This document shows, piece by piece, positions 18,901-29,086 of a stretch of DNA of 64,000 nt (positions are counted from its first letter, which is position 1; the number at the start of each line of letters is the position of its first letter). Location of the stretch: assembly GCA_965213925.1 (NCBI GenBank), contig OZ243927.1:832001-896000 (forward strand), given 5' to 3'. This stretch comes from Trueperaceae bacterium (lineage in GTDB: Bacteria > Deinococcota > Deinococci > Deinococcales > Trueperaceae). The translations under genes were made by a program, and so were the position numbers. The notes below the pieces were generated by a model. The model was not told the DNA's origin and made no database searches. It worked only from the letters and a program-made list of their open reading frames with translations.

Positions 18901-20184
18901 TCATATTGCGCCTCGGTCGGTATCTCCCCCGCGTAAGTTCAGCATCTTGTCCATAATGACCTCCCCGCGACCAGGTTCACTCCAAGGGCAGACCTCGATA
19001 CAGATCGCGCAGCTCTCGTTGGCGACGAAGTAAGGTGCGCAGCGGTCGAAGTTGATAAACCACCGCTCCTCACCTCGGACCATCTGTTTGGTTTCGAAGA
19101 TGGCTTGCGGCGGGCAGTTGGTCGTGCAAATCTGGCAGGACATGCAGAAATCGTCCACGCCTATGTCGATAGGTACATCGGGTTCCAGGGGCATGTCCGT
19201 AAGTACCGTCGCTAGCCGCACGTTAGAGCCGTAGTCCTTGGTGATCATCGAGTTGTGCTTGCCGAGCTGCCCTAAGCCCGCTGCAATCGCGATGGGCACG
19301 TGTTGCACTTCAGACGTACCGGGCGCGATGTTCGTACACGCTATCGCCGGATAACCCCGACTGCGGATGTATTCGGCAAGACGGATCGCTGCCAAGCCGA
19401 CCTTACGGTAAATGCGAAAGACCTCGGCATGCGTGCGTATCTGGGTCGGGTAGCGCATCTCCTCGCGGTCCATCGGCACAGCGATAGAAATGGCGTACTT
19501 AAACGAAGGCTCGAAACCGTCGAAGAACCACTCATCTTGAGGCTCGGTGATGCCGACTAGAGCCGCGCCGTGCTCCTTGGCAACCGCTTTGACTCGTCCG
19601 CTCATCGCTTTGGGGCTCGTCACCGTCTCCCGCCGCCTCGCGACCGCCCCGACGCGCCGCCGGTCATCCCAGAACAGACGTACAATGACACGGGTAATTC
19701 GCCAAGATGTGAGCGTGAGGAGTACCTGGTGCAAGCCGCCCCAAGCGTAGCTAAAATCGAAGAAGAGGTAGTAGGGCCGACGCTTTTCTGTTTCGTCCAG
19801 ACCGCTTATGACCATACCCGAGACGGGCGGTTTGCGGTAGGCAAAAGGATAGCTGGGCTCCGGGTAGGACGGAAGGGCGACGTCGGGGGACTTGCGGGGC
19901 GGCAAGTCAGTTTTGGGCGACAGGTCCGCGCTGATGTTCGGCAGTGTGTCAAACTGCTGCGTCTCCGCGTCTGGCGGCTTTGGGAGGTCTTCGATCCAGA
20001 TGGTCTCTCCCCTCGAGATTTTCCGCCTGAACTGCCACTTTTGCCACTCACCGACCGTCCAATAGGCGAGTGTTGCCCCGGCGGCAAGCCCGACGCTTCT
20101 CAGCATCCTCCCCGCTATACGGACGTGCTGAGCGAGCTGTTCGGTACAGGTTCGGGGACGTTCAATCTTGACTGCCATCCACAT
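18901..20184 (-). CDS. Reductive dehalogenase/QueG-like 2x[4Fe-4S] protein (paralog 2)
   Basis: AGLGQLGKH, YGSNVRLATVLTDMP, FCMSCQICTTNCP and CAICIEVCPW. Confidence 0.8.
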   Translation of the reverse strand: MWMAVKIERPRTCTEQLAQHVRIAGRMLRSVGLAAGATLAYWTVGEWQKWQFRRKISRGETIWIEDLPKPPDAETQQFDTLPNISADLSPKTDLPPRKSPDVALPSYPEPSYPFAYRKPPVSGMVISGLDETEKRRPYYLFFDFSYAWGGLHQVLLTLTSWRITRVIVRLFWDDRRRVGAVARRRETVTSPKAMSGRVKAVAKEHGAALVGITEPQDEWFFDGFEPSFKYAISIAVPMDREEMRYPTQIRTHAEVFRIYRKVGLAAIRLAEYIRSRGYPAIACTNIAPGTSEVQHVPIAIAAGLGQLGKHNSMITKDYGSNVRLATVLTDMPLEPDVPIDIGVDDFCMSCQICTTNCPPQAIFETKQMVRGEERWFINFDRCAPYFVANESCAICIEVCPWSEPGRGEVIMDKMLNLRGGDTDRGAI

Positions 20185-20256
20185 CTCCTCTAGGTTGGGG
20201 CTTTTTACAAAAAGTCAATACATCTTCGTTACGGTAATGTGACAGGAAAGTCACCT

Positions 20257-21525
20257 TCACGTTTCGGCACTCCCGCGGCGGCTGAGCATCTTGTCCATGA
20301 TGACGTTGCCGCGCCCCGGTTCACTCCACGGGCAGACCTCGATGCAGATGCCGCACCCCTGGTTGGCTGAGAAATAGGGGACGCACTGATCGAAATTGAT
20401 GAACCACCGCTCTTCACCCCGCACCATCTGCTTGGTCTCGAAAATGGCTTGCGGCGGGCAGTTTGTCGTGCAGACCTGGCAGGACATGCAGAAGTCGTCC
20501 ACACCGATGTCCACGAGCTGGTCAATTTCCAAAGGCAGATCAGTCAAGACCGTCGCGAGCCGCACGTTCGCGCCGTAATCCTTTGTGATGATCGAGCCGT
20601 GTTTGCCAAGCTGCCCCAACCCGGCTTCAACCGCAAGGGGAATGTGTAGCACCTCCGTCGTGCCAGGAGAGATGTTCGTGCTAGCCCTGGCGGGATAGCC
20701 TAGGCTGCGGATGTGTTCGGCGAGGCGGATGGCGACGCGCCCCACGTCCTCGTAAATGCGAAAAACCTCCACCATCGCACGCTCGCTCGGCGTGTAGCGC
20801 ATCTCCTCGCGGTCCATTGGCACGGCGACGGAGATGGCATATTTGAATGAGGGCTCGAAGCCCTCGAAGTACCACTCGTCGCGCGGCTCGGTAATACCGA
20901 CTAAAACCGCGCCGCACTCCTTCGCGACCTCTTTGATTCGTGCACTCATCGCCGCTGTATCAGTAACCGGCTGCTGGTCTTTCCAGACCGCCCCGTCACG
21001 CCGCGCGTTATCCCGGAAGATGCGCACGACCGATCGCACGACGCTGAGTGGGATCAGAGTAAAAAACACTTGCGTCAAGCCGCCCCAGGCGTAGCTAAAG
21101 TCGAAGAAGAGGGGGCGAGGTCGGCGCTTCTTTGCCTCGTCTAAGCCGCTGATGACCATGCCCGACACGGGCGGCTGCCGGTAGGCGAAGGGATAGCGGG
21201 GTTCGGGGTAGGACGGCAGGGCGACGTCGGAGGACTTGCGGGGCGACAGGTCGGTTCTCGGTGATAAATCAGCCTGAATATTCGGTAATTCGCCGAACCG
21301 CTGCGTCTCGGCGGAGGGGGGCTTGGGCAGGTCCTCGATCCAGACGGTTTCGCCGCGGGCGCTCGAGCGCGTCAGGTGCCGCTCCTGCCAACGTTTGAGC
21401 GTTCGGCTGGCGAGCGTCACGCCTAGGGCTAAGCTCGTGTTCACTAGCTTGTGCCGCGCGGCGCGAATGCGCTGGGAGAGGTGCTCGGCGCGGGTTTTCG
21501 GATGGTCATTTTTGGGAAGAGTCAT
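20257..21525 (-). CDS. Reductive dehalogenase/QueG-like 2x[4Fe-4S] protein (paralog 1)
   Basis: AGLGQLGKHG, RLATVLTDLP, FCMSCQVCTTNCP and CGICIEVCPW. Confidence 0.8.
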   Translation of the reverse strand: MTLPKNDHPKTRAEHLSQRIRAARHKLVNTSLALGVTLASRTLKRWQERHLTRSSARGETVWIEDLPKPPSAETQRFGELPNIQADLSPRTDLSPRKSSDVALPSYPEPRYPFAYRQPPVSGMVISGLDEAKKRRPRPLFFDFSYAWGGLTQVFFTLIPLSVVRSVVRIFRDNARRDGAVWKDQQPVTDTAAMSARIKEVAKECGAVLVGITEPRDEWYFEGFEPSFKYAISVAVPMDREEMRYTPSERAMVEVFRIYEDVGRVAIRLAEHIRSLGYPARASTNISPGTTEVLHIPLAVEAGLGQLGKHGSIITKDYGANVRLATVLTDLPLEIDQLVDIGVDDFCMSCQVCTTNCPPQAIFETKQMVRGEERWFINFDQCVPYFSANQGCGICIEVCPWSEPGRGNVIMDKMLSRRGSAET

Positions 21526-21540
21526 GGTAGTTTGCGACGG

Positions 21541-22950
21541 TTACGCCGCTCGAGCCTCGCGCTTCACCATGCTAGGCTCGACCTCCGCCGCCTCCAACAT
21601 CGCCTCGACGGATGCGAACTTCGTGCGCCACCGCCTGTTCTGCAAACCCCCTGCACGTCGCTCCGCCCGGTCGATGCGCCGCCAGTCCTCCTTAGTCACG
21701 TAGCGCACATCCTTCTCCTCTAAGAGCCGGTTCACCGCCTCAGGTTCGGGGTTTTGTGCACGGGGCAGGCTCGGCAAGTCTTCGAGAAGATGCCGCACGG
21801 TCTCCTCGGCGTCGGTTTTGTTCGTACCGATGACGCCCGAAGGTCCGCGCCGCACCCAGCCGGAGGTGTATTCACCCGGTACGACCTCACCATCTGAAGT
21901 CGTCACACGCCCACCCTCGTTCGGGATGACGCCGCGCTTATCGTCGAAGGGCACGTCCGGAAGAGGCTGGCTGCGGTAGCCGACCGAACGCAGCAGCAGA
22001 CCGGTATCCAAGTGCTCAAGCTCACCCGTGCTAACAGCCGAGAGGCGGTCGCCCTTGGGCTCGAGCCGGTTCTTTTCCAACTTGAGCCCTTGTACCCGCC
22101 CCTCTCCTAGCACTTCAACCGGCGACCTGAAGAAGTGAATATGGACGCGCTTCTCTGCGCCGGGCTTGCGCTGATCTGCGTATTCGGTAAACAGCGCCAC
22201 GTTTCGCCGGGTCTTCTTCGCTTCTAATTCATTTTTGAACGTGTCCTCTTGGTCGGACTCGAGGTCCGCTGGGTCCACAACCATATCTACATCAGGCAGT
22301 TCACCCACTTCGCGCAGCTCTTTGGGCGTAAAATTCGCCTGCGAGGGTCCGCGCCGCCCTAAGATGTGAACGTCGGTGATGCTCGAGCGTCTAAGCGCGT
22401 CCACCGCATAGCCCGCCATGTCGCTCTCGGCGAGCGCGTCCGGGTCCTTGAGGAGTGCCCGCGTCACGTCCAGCGCGACGTTGCCCATGCCGATGATGGC
22501 GGCGTGCTGCGCATCTAGGGGCGGATTCAACCCTGCGTGGTCCGGGTGCGCGTTGTACCACGCGACGAACTCGGTGGCGGAGAGGCTGCCGGGGAGGTCT
22601 TCGCCAGGGATGCCCAAGGACTTATCGCTGCTCGCGCCGACCGTATAGATGACCGCGTCATAGTGCCGCTTTAGCTCGCCATGCGTGATGTCCTGACCGA
22701 ACGTGACGTTGCCGAAGTAGCGCACCGCCTCGTGCTTCAAGATGAGGTCGAAGGTGACCGACTTGGACTTCACTACGGGGTGGTCGGGCGCGACGCCGTA
22801 GCGAACTAGCCCGTACGGACTCGGCAGGCGTTCGAAGAGGTCCACGGACACCTTGCCCCCATTTTTCAGTAGGGCGTGCGTCGCGTAGAAGCCTGCCGGA
22901 CCTGCGCCGATGATCGCGACGCGCAAAAGGCGTGAGGAATGTTTAGACAT
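21541..22950 (-). CDS. fprA: NADPH-ferredoxin reductase (FprA/adrenodoxin reductase-like)
   Basis: GAGPAGFY, GLVRYGVAPDH, GMGNVALDV, GRRG, GWVRRGPSGVIGTN. Confidence 0.88.
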   Translation of the reverse strand: MSKHSSRLLRVAIIGAGPAGFYATHALLKNGGKVSVDLFERLPSPYGLVRYGVAPDHPVVKSKSVTFDLILKHEAVRYFGNVTFGQDITHGELKRHYDAVIYTVGASSDKSLGIPGEDLPGSLSATEFVAWYNAHPDHAGLNPPLDAQHAAIIGMGNVALDVTRALLKDPDALAESDMAGYAVDALRRSSITDVHILGRRGPSQANFTPKELREVGELPDVDMVVDPADLESDQEDTFKNELEAKKTRRNVALFTEYADQRKPGAEKRVHIHFFRSPVEVLGEGRVQGLKLEKNRLEPKGDRLSAVSTGELEHLDTGLLLRSVGYRSQPLPDVPFDDKRGVIPNEGGRVTTSDGEVVPGEYTSGWVRRGPSGVIGTNKTDAEETVRHLLEDLPSLPRAQNPEPEAVNRLLEEKDVRYVTKEDWRRIDRAERRAGGLQNRRWRTKFASVEAMLEAAEVEPSMVKREARAA

Positions 22951-23294
22951 GGAAACTCTCTTTCATCTAAATTTGCTTCTGAGATACGAGTAATTGCGAA
23001 GCGCCACGGTTGTCTCCTCGAGTTGACAAACAGCAATTCCATTACTCGTTGCTACACCACTGATTGCGTCCATTTCTATTCGCATCCGCTCACACTTTTG
23101 CTTGCTACAGCAAGCAAAAGTGGAAATGCTAAAACAAGTGAAAGGGCGAAAAGGCTTCTTCATCTAAACTAAGTATATTAGGTGATTATTTCATCTATAG
23201 GTATCTTCACTTACATTGTGATAGTGCTTTTGTGAATCCTCCATTTTTGCCTATCGCACAAAGCTCTGGACGTAGCGTCCTTAAACACCTTTGT

Positions 23295-23395
23295 TGGTTC
23301 ATCCAGCAAGTTCATCGTAATTTTTTAGCTCAAGAGTCCTGTTCACAACGTAAAAAGTGATTAGCAAACCTACACGAAATTTAGTGGACGATCCA
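23295..23395. mobile_element. 101-bp MITE with IS630-like ends
   Basis: Ends TGGTTCATCCAGCAAG / TGGATCGTCCACTAAA (rc) resemble the IS at 14284; TTGT on both flanks. Confidence 0.7.
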
Positions 23396-23427
23396 TTGTG
23401 CGGCAGACGCGCGCGTTCGCCGCGTAA
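23396..23427. repeat. 13-6-13 palindromic site, copy 4
   Basis: TTGTGCGGCAGAC-GCGCGC-GTTCGCCGCGTAA. Confidence 0.85.
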
Positions 23428-23666
23428 AACTTTGCCGTAGTTGAGCCGAAGTACCAAAGAGGAGGTACCTGTTTTAGCAGGTGTCCACGCCCTACCTGAT
23501 CCCTCACACCCTTGCCACGTCGCGGCTATAGTGTTCTAAGCAGCCCGCTTAACGCGCCTGAAAGGAGAGGTGAGACGCGCTTGGTCAAGCATCGCAGTTC
23601 TTACACGCGTCAATACAACTTTTTTGGAGACACCACGTTGACTCAAGGTGTTTTCAAGAACTACTT

Positions 23667-24587
23667 ATGAAAGCCGTCGTATACACAGAGTACGGACCCC
23701 CCGAAGTTCTGCACCTCAAAGACGTCCCCAAACCCAAGGCGCGCGGTAACGAGGTGTTGGTCAAAGTTCACGCAACCACCGTCACCGTTGGCGACACCAT
23801 TATGCGCAGCCTCGACATCCCTGGTCCGCTTTGGCAGCGGCTTCTGGCGCGGCTCTACCTGGGCATTCGCAAACCCCAGCGGCAGGTTCTAGGGATGGAA
23901 CTGGCTGGGGAAATCGAAGCCGTAGGCAAGAAGGTGACCCGCTTCAAGCCCGGCGAGGCAGTTTTTGCCTCTACTTTTGCCATCAACTTTGGCGGTTACG
24001 CCGAATACAAGTGCTTGCCTGAAAGTGGCATACTGGCGCACAAACCGACCAACCTCACCTTCGAACAAGCCGCCGCGGTCCCTGGTGCAGGGATGACAGC
24101 TTTGCACTGTCTCAGGAAAGGGAACATCCAACCCGGACAGAACGTGCTAATTTATGGCGCGTCCGGCGCGGTCGGCACGAACGCGGTGCAGCTCGCCAGC
24201 CGTTACTTCGGGGCGGACGTGACCGGGGTGTGCAGCGCCGCCAACCTGGAACTGGTTAAATCCCTGGGCGCAGTCAAAGTCATCGACTACACCCGCAAAG
24301 ACTTTACCCAAAGTGGCGAGCGCTATGATGTCACTTTTGACGTGGTGGGCAAGCTTTCACCCGCGCAGGCGGAAAAGGCGCGTCAACAGGCGGGTACCTA
24401 CCTTGACGTCCACGCCGACTCGAACGGCGGCGACAAAGTTGAAAATCTGCTCTTGCTTAGAGAGATTATCGAGGCGGGCAAGCTAACGCCAGTCATTGAC
24501 CGCGTGTATCCGCTGGAACAGATTACCGAGGCGCACCGGTATGTAGATCAGGGGCACAAAAAGGGAAATGTAGTTGTAACTGTGTGA
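23667..24587 (+). CDS. NAD(P)-dependent MDR alcohol dehydrogenase/quinone reductase-like protein
   Basis: YGPPEVL, LGMELAG, GGYAEY, IYGASGAVG, HKKGNVV. Confidence 0.88.
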   Translation: MKAVVYTEYGPPEVLHLKDVPKPKARGNEVLVKVHATTVTVGDTIMRSLDIPGPLWQRLLARLYLGIRKPQRQVLGMELAGEIEAVGKKVTRFKPGEAVFASTFAINFGGYAEYKCLPESGILAHKPTNLTFEQAAAVPGAGMTALHCLRKGNIQPGQNVLIYGASGAVGTNAVQLASRYFGADVTGVCSAANLELVKSLGAVKVIDYTRKDFTQSGERYDVTFDVVGKLSPAQAEKARQQAGTYLDVHADSNGGDKVENLLLLREIIEAGKLTPVIDRVYPLEQITEAHRYVDQGHKKGNVVVTV

Positions 24588-24598
24588 GCGGTAAAAAA

Positions 24599-24667
24599 GT
24601 TTAACAACGGATCACAAGCGGCGTTGCTCCGCTGCGCTCTGCGACTGCCTGAACTCAACCGTTAGGA
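24599..24667 (+). repeat. attC-like integron cassette site
   Basis: GTTTAAC (RYYYAAC) 11 bp after the ADH stop codon, ending CCTGAACTCAACCGTTAGG (GTTRRR); 69 bp. Confidence 0.55.
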
Positions 24668-24765
24668 GAGACAGACGTGCGCTTCTCTCGGACATTGTTC
24701 TACTTGCACCTGGCGCTGGTTGAGCCAGACCCCTATAGTGGGGCAGGGGCAACGAGGAGATCACG

Positions 24766-25415
24766 ATGCGACATGCCTACGGTCTGGACATCCCGCAAAC
24801 TCTCGAGGAGACGCTCGACCCCCAACGTACCGCCCTCATCGTCTACGACATGCAGGTCGGCATTCTGCAACAACTCGCTCACGGCGCGGAGGTCCTCGAA
24901 AAGGTACGGCAGGTGTTAGGAGCCGCCCGCGCGGCCTCCATGCGCATCTTTTTCATGCGGCACATGTCCTTGCCCAAAGAAGCCGGCGGCGTATTCGGGC
25001 TCCACATGGCGATGCGCTGGCAGCACGTGACAAGTGTAGAGGATGTGCAGCCTTGGTTCCTGCGTAACTCGCCGGGCTTTCACATCACCCCGGAACTCGA
25101 GCCCCGAGCGAGGTCGTCTTCGACAAGATCACGATGTCTGCCTTCGAGGGTACCCCGCTCGACATCGCCCTGCGCGACTGCGGCATCAACAGCTTCGCCA
25201 TCGTAGGCGTCGCCACCGAGATAGGCATTGACCCTACGGTGAGGCACGGCGCGGACCTCGGCTACCTGCCCATCGTCGTGCGCGATGCGTGCGGCGCGGG
25301 GCACCACGAGGCGGGGGAGCGCGCTCTGGAGAACCTCGCCTTCGTGGGGGACGCCCTATTTACCGACACCGCCACAATCACCGACCTGCTCGCTAGGTAC
25401 GTAACGACGGTCTGA
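24766..25415 (+). pseudogene. Isochorismatase/cysteine hydrolase, frameshifted near 25110
   Basis: ALIVYDMQ in one frame; VVFDKITMSAF..GVATEIGI..DACG in another. Confidence 0.8.
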
Positions 25416-25438
25416 CCCTTTACTGAAGTGAAACTGCC

Positions 25439-25470
25439 TTCTGCGTGAGATGCGCGCGTTCGTCGCACAA
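25439..25470. repeat. 13-6-13 palindromic site, copy 5
   Basis: TTCTGCGTGAGAT-GCGCGC-GTTCGTCGCACAA. Confidence 0.9.
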
Positions 25471-25595
25471 AAACACTTCCGTCCGGAACCTCTAAGCTGC
25501 TCTCGCATCAAGGCAGTTGCTTGACAGAAGGCTGAACTCTTCTTGGTAGGTTGCGCTGTTACTTAGCTGCGTTAAGTTTCAATTAGGAGGCGAAC

Positions 25596-27434
25596 ATGGA
25601 GCAGTTCGACCGGCGGACGTTTCTGAAGCGGATGGGCGTGACGAGTTTAGCGTTGGCGACGCCCTATATCCTCACAGCGTGTAGCGAGTTAGAAAGCGTA
25701 CCCGCTTTTAGCGGCGAAGATGAGGATGTCGCGGACGAGTTCGCGGCGCTCCAAAAAGACCGTGATCCGAAAGAAGTTTTTAGCTTGTCGGTAGCTTCGG
25801 GCGACCCCACGCCCTCAGGCGTGATGCTCTGGACACGCATCGACCCAGCGGCCTATAAGAAGAACAAGAAGCTCGCCTTCGAGGTGGCGCGTGACGCGGA
25901 CTTTGAGGACGTCGTGGCGAGAGGTCGCGTCAAGGGCAGTGACATCACGCCGGAGAACGACTACACAGTTAAGTTGCACCTAGACGGCAAGCTACCTCCC
26001 AATACGCGCCTCTACTACCGCTTCGCCTACCGGAAGACGGGCAGCCAAGTCGGGCGTTGTCGCACAGCTCCGGCAAGGGGTGAGGAGACCGAACGCCTCA
26101 AGTTGGGCGTCATCACCTGCCAGGACTACACCAACGGCTATTACGGAGCGTTGGAGCAGCTCGCTCAGGACGACGTGGACTTCGTCGTTCACCTGGGAGA
26201 CTTTATCTACGAGACTTCGGGCGACCCGCGCTTTCAGCGTCAACCTTTTGAGGACCGCACCTTTTCCTTGCCGAGCGGCGGCGAAGCAGCGCTGAACTTA
26301 GAGGACTACCGCTTCATCTACCAGCTCTACCGGAGCGACGCCTTTTTGCAGACGCTCTTGGAGCAGCACACCCTCATCGCCATTTGGGACGACCACGAGA
26401 CCGCTAACGACTGCTACTGGGACTACGCGGACGGCTGCGTAGGCGTGCCCGACCACCCGTACGCGGACGCACCCCGCGAAGTTCGCAACGCCCTCGCCTT
26501 CGACGCGCGGCGGGCTTGGGCGGAGTATCTGCCTGCTAGAGTCACCTTGCAAGAGGACGCTGATGACCCGCGCCAGTTTTTGGACATCCGCCGGACGTTC
26601 GCCTTTGGCACGCTGCTCGAGCTGTTCATGACCGACGAACGCTCCTACCGCGATCCACCCCCTTGCGGCACCGGCGACGCAGGCGAGCGCTACTTCACGC
26701 TGGGCTGTCCCGAGCAGGATGACCCGGAGCGCAGCATGTTAGGGCCGCAGCAGCGTGAGGGACTTCTCAGCGGCATCAAAAATTCCGAGGCGACCTGGAA
26801 GGTATGGGGTAACGAGGTCTTTCAGGGACCTCTCAAAGTCAATCTGGGTGACGGAGCCTCTCTTTACCTCAACCTGGACGCTTGGGACGGCTACGAAGCC
26901 GAACGCGAGCGGATCATGCGAGAGCTGAAAGAGGCTAACGTGAAGAACCTAGTCGTGCTGACGGGCGACCTGCACACCTACATCGCCTCGTACCTCAAGG
27001 TGGACTACGGTAGAGACCCCTTCAACATTGACCCGCGCAACCTTGTCGGGGTGGAATTCATGACGCCAGCGGTCACGTCAGCGAACTTTGCTGAACTCAT
27101 CGGGGTAGGTGGGGACAGAGGTTCGTTCGGCGAGTCGTTCGGAACCCAGAATTTAAGCACGCAGGAGGTCGAGCGGTTGGAGCAGCAAGGGTTAGAAACC
27201 CTCGTGCGCATCACCAACCCCCATATTCAATTCTTCAACTCCGAGGACTGGGGCTACTCCACCGTGGAGTTCACAACCTCTTACTGCGAATACACCGCTT
27301 ACAAGGTGGACAAGTCGAAGCCCGAAGGAGATGACAAAGTGATCTTGAAGCGGCTGCGCGTGCCGGTGAACCGAGTGCGCATCGAGGATACGACCTCAGC
27401 TGGCACAGGTATCTCGCTCGTCACGTCGGCTTAG
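25596..27434 (+). CDS. phoD: Alkaline phosphatase D, Tat-exported lipoprotein
   Basis: DRRTFLK Tat motif, LTAC lipobox, VASGDP, HLGDFIYE, WDDHE, DAWDGY, LTGDLH. Confidence 0.92.
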   Translation: MEQFDRRTFLKRMGVTSLALATPYILTACSELESVPAFSGEDEDVADEFAALQKDRDPKEVFSLSVASGDPTPSGVMLWTRIDPAAYKKNKKLAFEVARDADFEDVVARGRVKGSDITPENDYTVKLHLDGKLPPNTRLYYRFAYRKTGSQVGRCRTAPARGEETERLKLGVITCQDYTNGYYGALEQLAQDDVDFVVHLGDFIYETSGDPRFQRQPFEDRTFSLPSGGEAALNLEDYRFIYQLYRSDAFLQTLLEQHTLIAIWDDHETANDCYWDYADGCVGVPDHPYADAPREVRNALAFDARRAWAEYLPARVTLQEDADDPRQFLDIRRTFAFGTLLELFMTDERSYRDPPPCGTGDAGERYFTLGCPEQDDPERSMLGPQQREGLLSGIKNSEATWKVWGNEVFQGPLKVNLGDGASLYLNLDAWDGYEAERERIMRELKEANVKNLVVLTGDLHTYIASYLKVDYGRDPFNIDPRNLVGVEFMTPAVTSANFAELIGVGGDRGSFGESFGTQNLSTQEVERLEQQGLETLVRITNPHIQFFNSEDWGYSTVEFTTSYCEYTAYKVDKSKPEGDDKVILKRLRVPVNRVRIEDTTSAGTGISLVTSA

Positions 27435-27540
27435 TGCAATTGAACGTAGGCTCACTGCGGGATGGCCGCTGCTACTGAGCGCCATCTCTACGGTGTAAGG
27501 ATGAGCGGTAGTGGCAACTCTCCCTGGGCATGGTTCGCGC

Positions 27541-27573
27541 TTCTGCCACGAACGCGCGCCGTTCGTGGCAGAA
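27541..27573. repeat. Palindromic site, copy 6 (7-bp spacer)
   Basis: TTCTGCCACGAAC-GCGCGCC-GTTCGTGGCAGAA, perfect arms. Confidence 0.85.
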
Positions 27574-27795
27574 GCGTTGCAGTTAGCTGAGGTCACCGAC
27601 AAGGTCAGCAGACGTCTTCACTTGACAAGAGAGGTCCGTAACGCCGAGCGAGTCATCTTCCTAAACGAATCAGGCACAAGGCAACGAACGGCTGACAAAG
27701 GGGTGTTATGAAGGATTATCGGTACGGAGATGTCTTCTTGTAGACAGGTCTCTTCAAAGGGCTGAGCGAGCAAGCAAAACGCACGAGAGGGAGCG

Positions 27796-28797
27796 ATGCA
27801 AACCCTAAAGGTCATGACCTGGAACGTTGAGAACCTCTTCCTGCCAGGTGAGGACGGCGGCGCGGAGGACGAGGCCGCCTTCGCGCAGAAGCTCGCGGGG
27901 CTAGTCGAGACCATTCTGCAGCTAGCCCCCGACGTTTTAGCCGTGCAAGAGGTCGGCAGTGAAGAGGCCTCCCGGGCGCTGCAAGCAGAGTTGAAACGGT
28001 ACCCCTACGGTCAACTTTCCACCTTACCCGACCGACGCGGCATTCGGGTCGGCTTCCTATCGCGGTTACTGATTGAAGGCTATGAAGACTTCGCCGCCTT
28101 CCCCGAGGGGCCGCTTGCAAGCGTCCCCGGTCTGAACGCTTTTGGCGACCCTGAACCGGTCACGCGTATGGGTCGGGGGGCGTTGCGCGTCCTGGTGCGC
28201 CCGCTGCCCGAGCTACCTATCCAGCTCGTCACCGCTCACCTCAAGTCGAAGCTGCTGAGTTTCCCCAGCGACGCGGGGCAGACGCGCTTCTCGCCAAGGG
28301 ACGAAGACGAGCGGGCCTTCGTCGCCGGGCTAGCGCTGCTCAGGAGGACTGCCGAGGCGGTCACCTTACGCGTCAAGGCCAACGACCTGCTCGTCGACCA
28401 AAAAGTTCCACTCATCGTGCTGGGTGACCTGAACGATGTGACCGACGCAGCCACCACGCAGATCCTTCAGGGACCCCCTGGGAGCGAGCTCGGCACGGGC
28501 GGCTTCGACCGTCCGGATAAGGGGGACGACGCCAGGCTCTTTAACCTGGCCCCGCTCATCCCCGAGACGCAGCGCTACTCGCGGGTCTACCGGGGGCAGG
28601 GAGAGCTGATCGACCACATCCTGGTGAGCGAGGAGCTCCTGCCGGGCAGCTCGCGAGCCTGGCCGCTGGTGGACAGCCACGTGGATATCCTGGACGGTCT
28701 CCCTTCGGTTTCGGACGTGCCGAGCGAGCGGCGGAGCGCGCCGCGCTCGGACCACGCGCCCGTGACGGCGACCTTTGACCTCGGGGACGGAACGTAG
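27796..28797 (+). CDS. Endonuclease/exonuclease/phosphatase family protein
   Basis: TWNVENLF, AVQEV, HLKSK, LGDLND, IDHILVS, SDHAPV. Confidence 0.9.
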   Translation: MQTLKVMTWNVENLFLPGEDGGAEDEAAFAQKLAGLVETILQLAPDVLAVQEVGSEEASRALQAELKRYPYGQLSTLPDRRGIRVGFLSRLLIEGYEDFAAFPEGPLASVPGLNAFGDPEPVTRMGRGALRVLVRPLPELPIQLVTAHLKSKLLSFPSDAGQTRFSPRDEDERAFVAGLALLRRTAEAVTLRVKANDLLVDQKVPLIVLGDLNDVTDAATTQILQGPPGSELGTGGFDRPDKGDDARLFNLAPLIPETQRYSRVYRGQGELIDHILVSEELLPGSSRAWPLVDSHVDILDGLPSVSDVPSERRSAPRSDHAPVTATFDLGDGT

Positions 28798-28919
28798 CGC
28801 CTACCTCGAGGAGAGTCACAGCTACCACCTTGCTATGCGGCATCACGCCAGTTTCTTGACAACTTCGGTCCCATGATTCTGGGGTCTCCGATGTCGGGTT
28901 CGCAGCACTGGCTTGAGGG

Positions 28920-28951
28920 TTCTGCAAGAGACGCGCGCGTCTCTCGCACAA
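28920..28951. repeat. 13-6-13 palindromic site, copy 7
   Basis: TTCTGCAAGAGAC-GCGCGC-GTCTCTCGCACAA. Confidence 0.92.
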
Positions 28952-29035
28952 AGCTCGCGCCAATAGGGTTCAGTTTGTTACGTAGAGCCTATGTGACCGG
29001 CGCGAGCGACTCAGATAGCGCCAGCTAAACGAAAG

Positions 29036-29067
29036 GAGGAGGGCCGCACGGTCGTGCGACCCTCCTC
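29036..29067 (-). terminator. Hairpin terminator downstream of 29087..31183
   Basis: GAGGAGGGCCGCAC-GGTC-GTGCGACCCTCCTC; short T tract on the minus strand. Confidence 0.6.
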
Positions 29068-29086
29068 GGAGATAGTGGAGCGTTCG

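Noticed and set aside
18901..21525. Respiratory rdhAB or housekeeping queG
   Set aside because: No rdhB or clear Tat signal; tandem paralogues with FprA in an accessory module argue against queG. Left as family-level calls.
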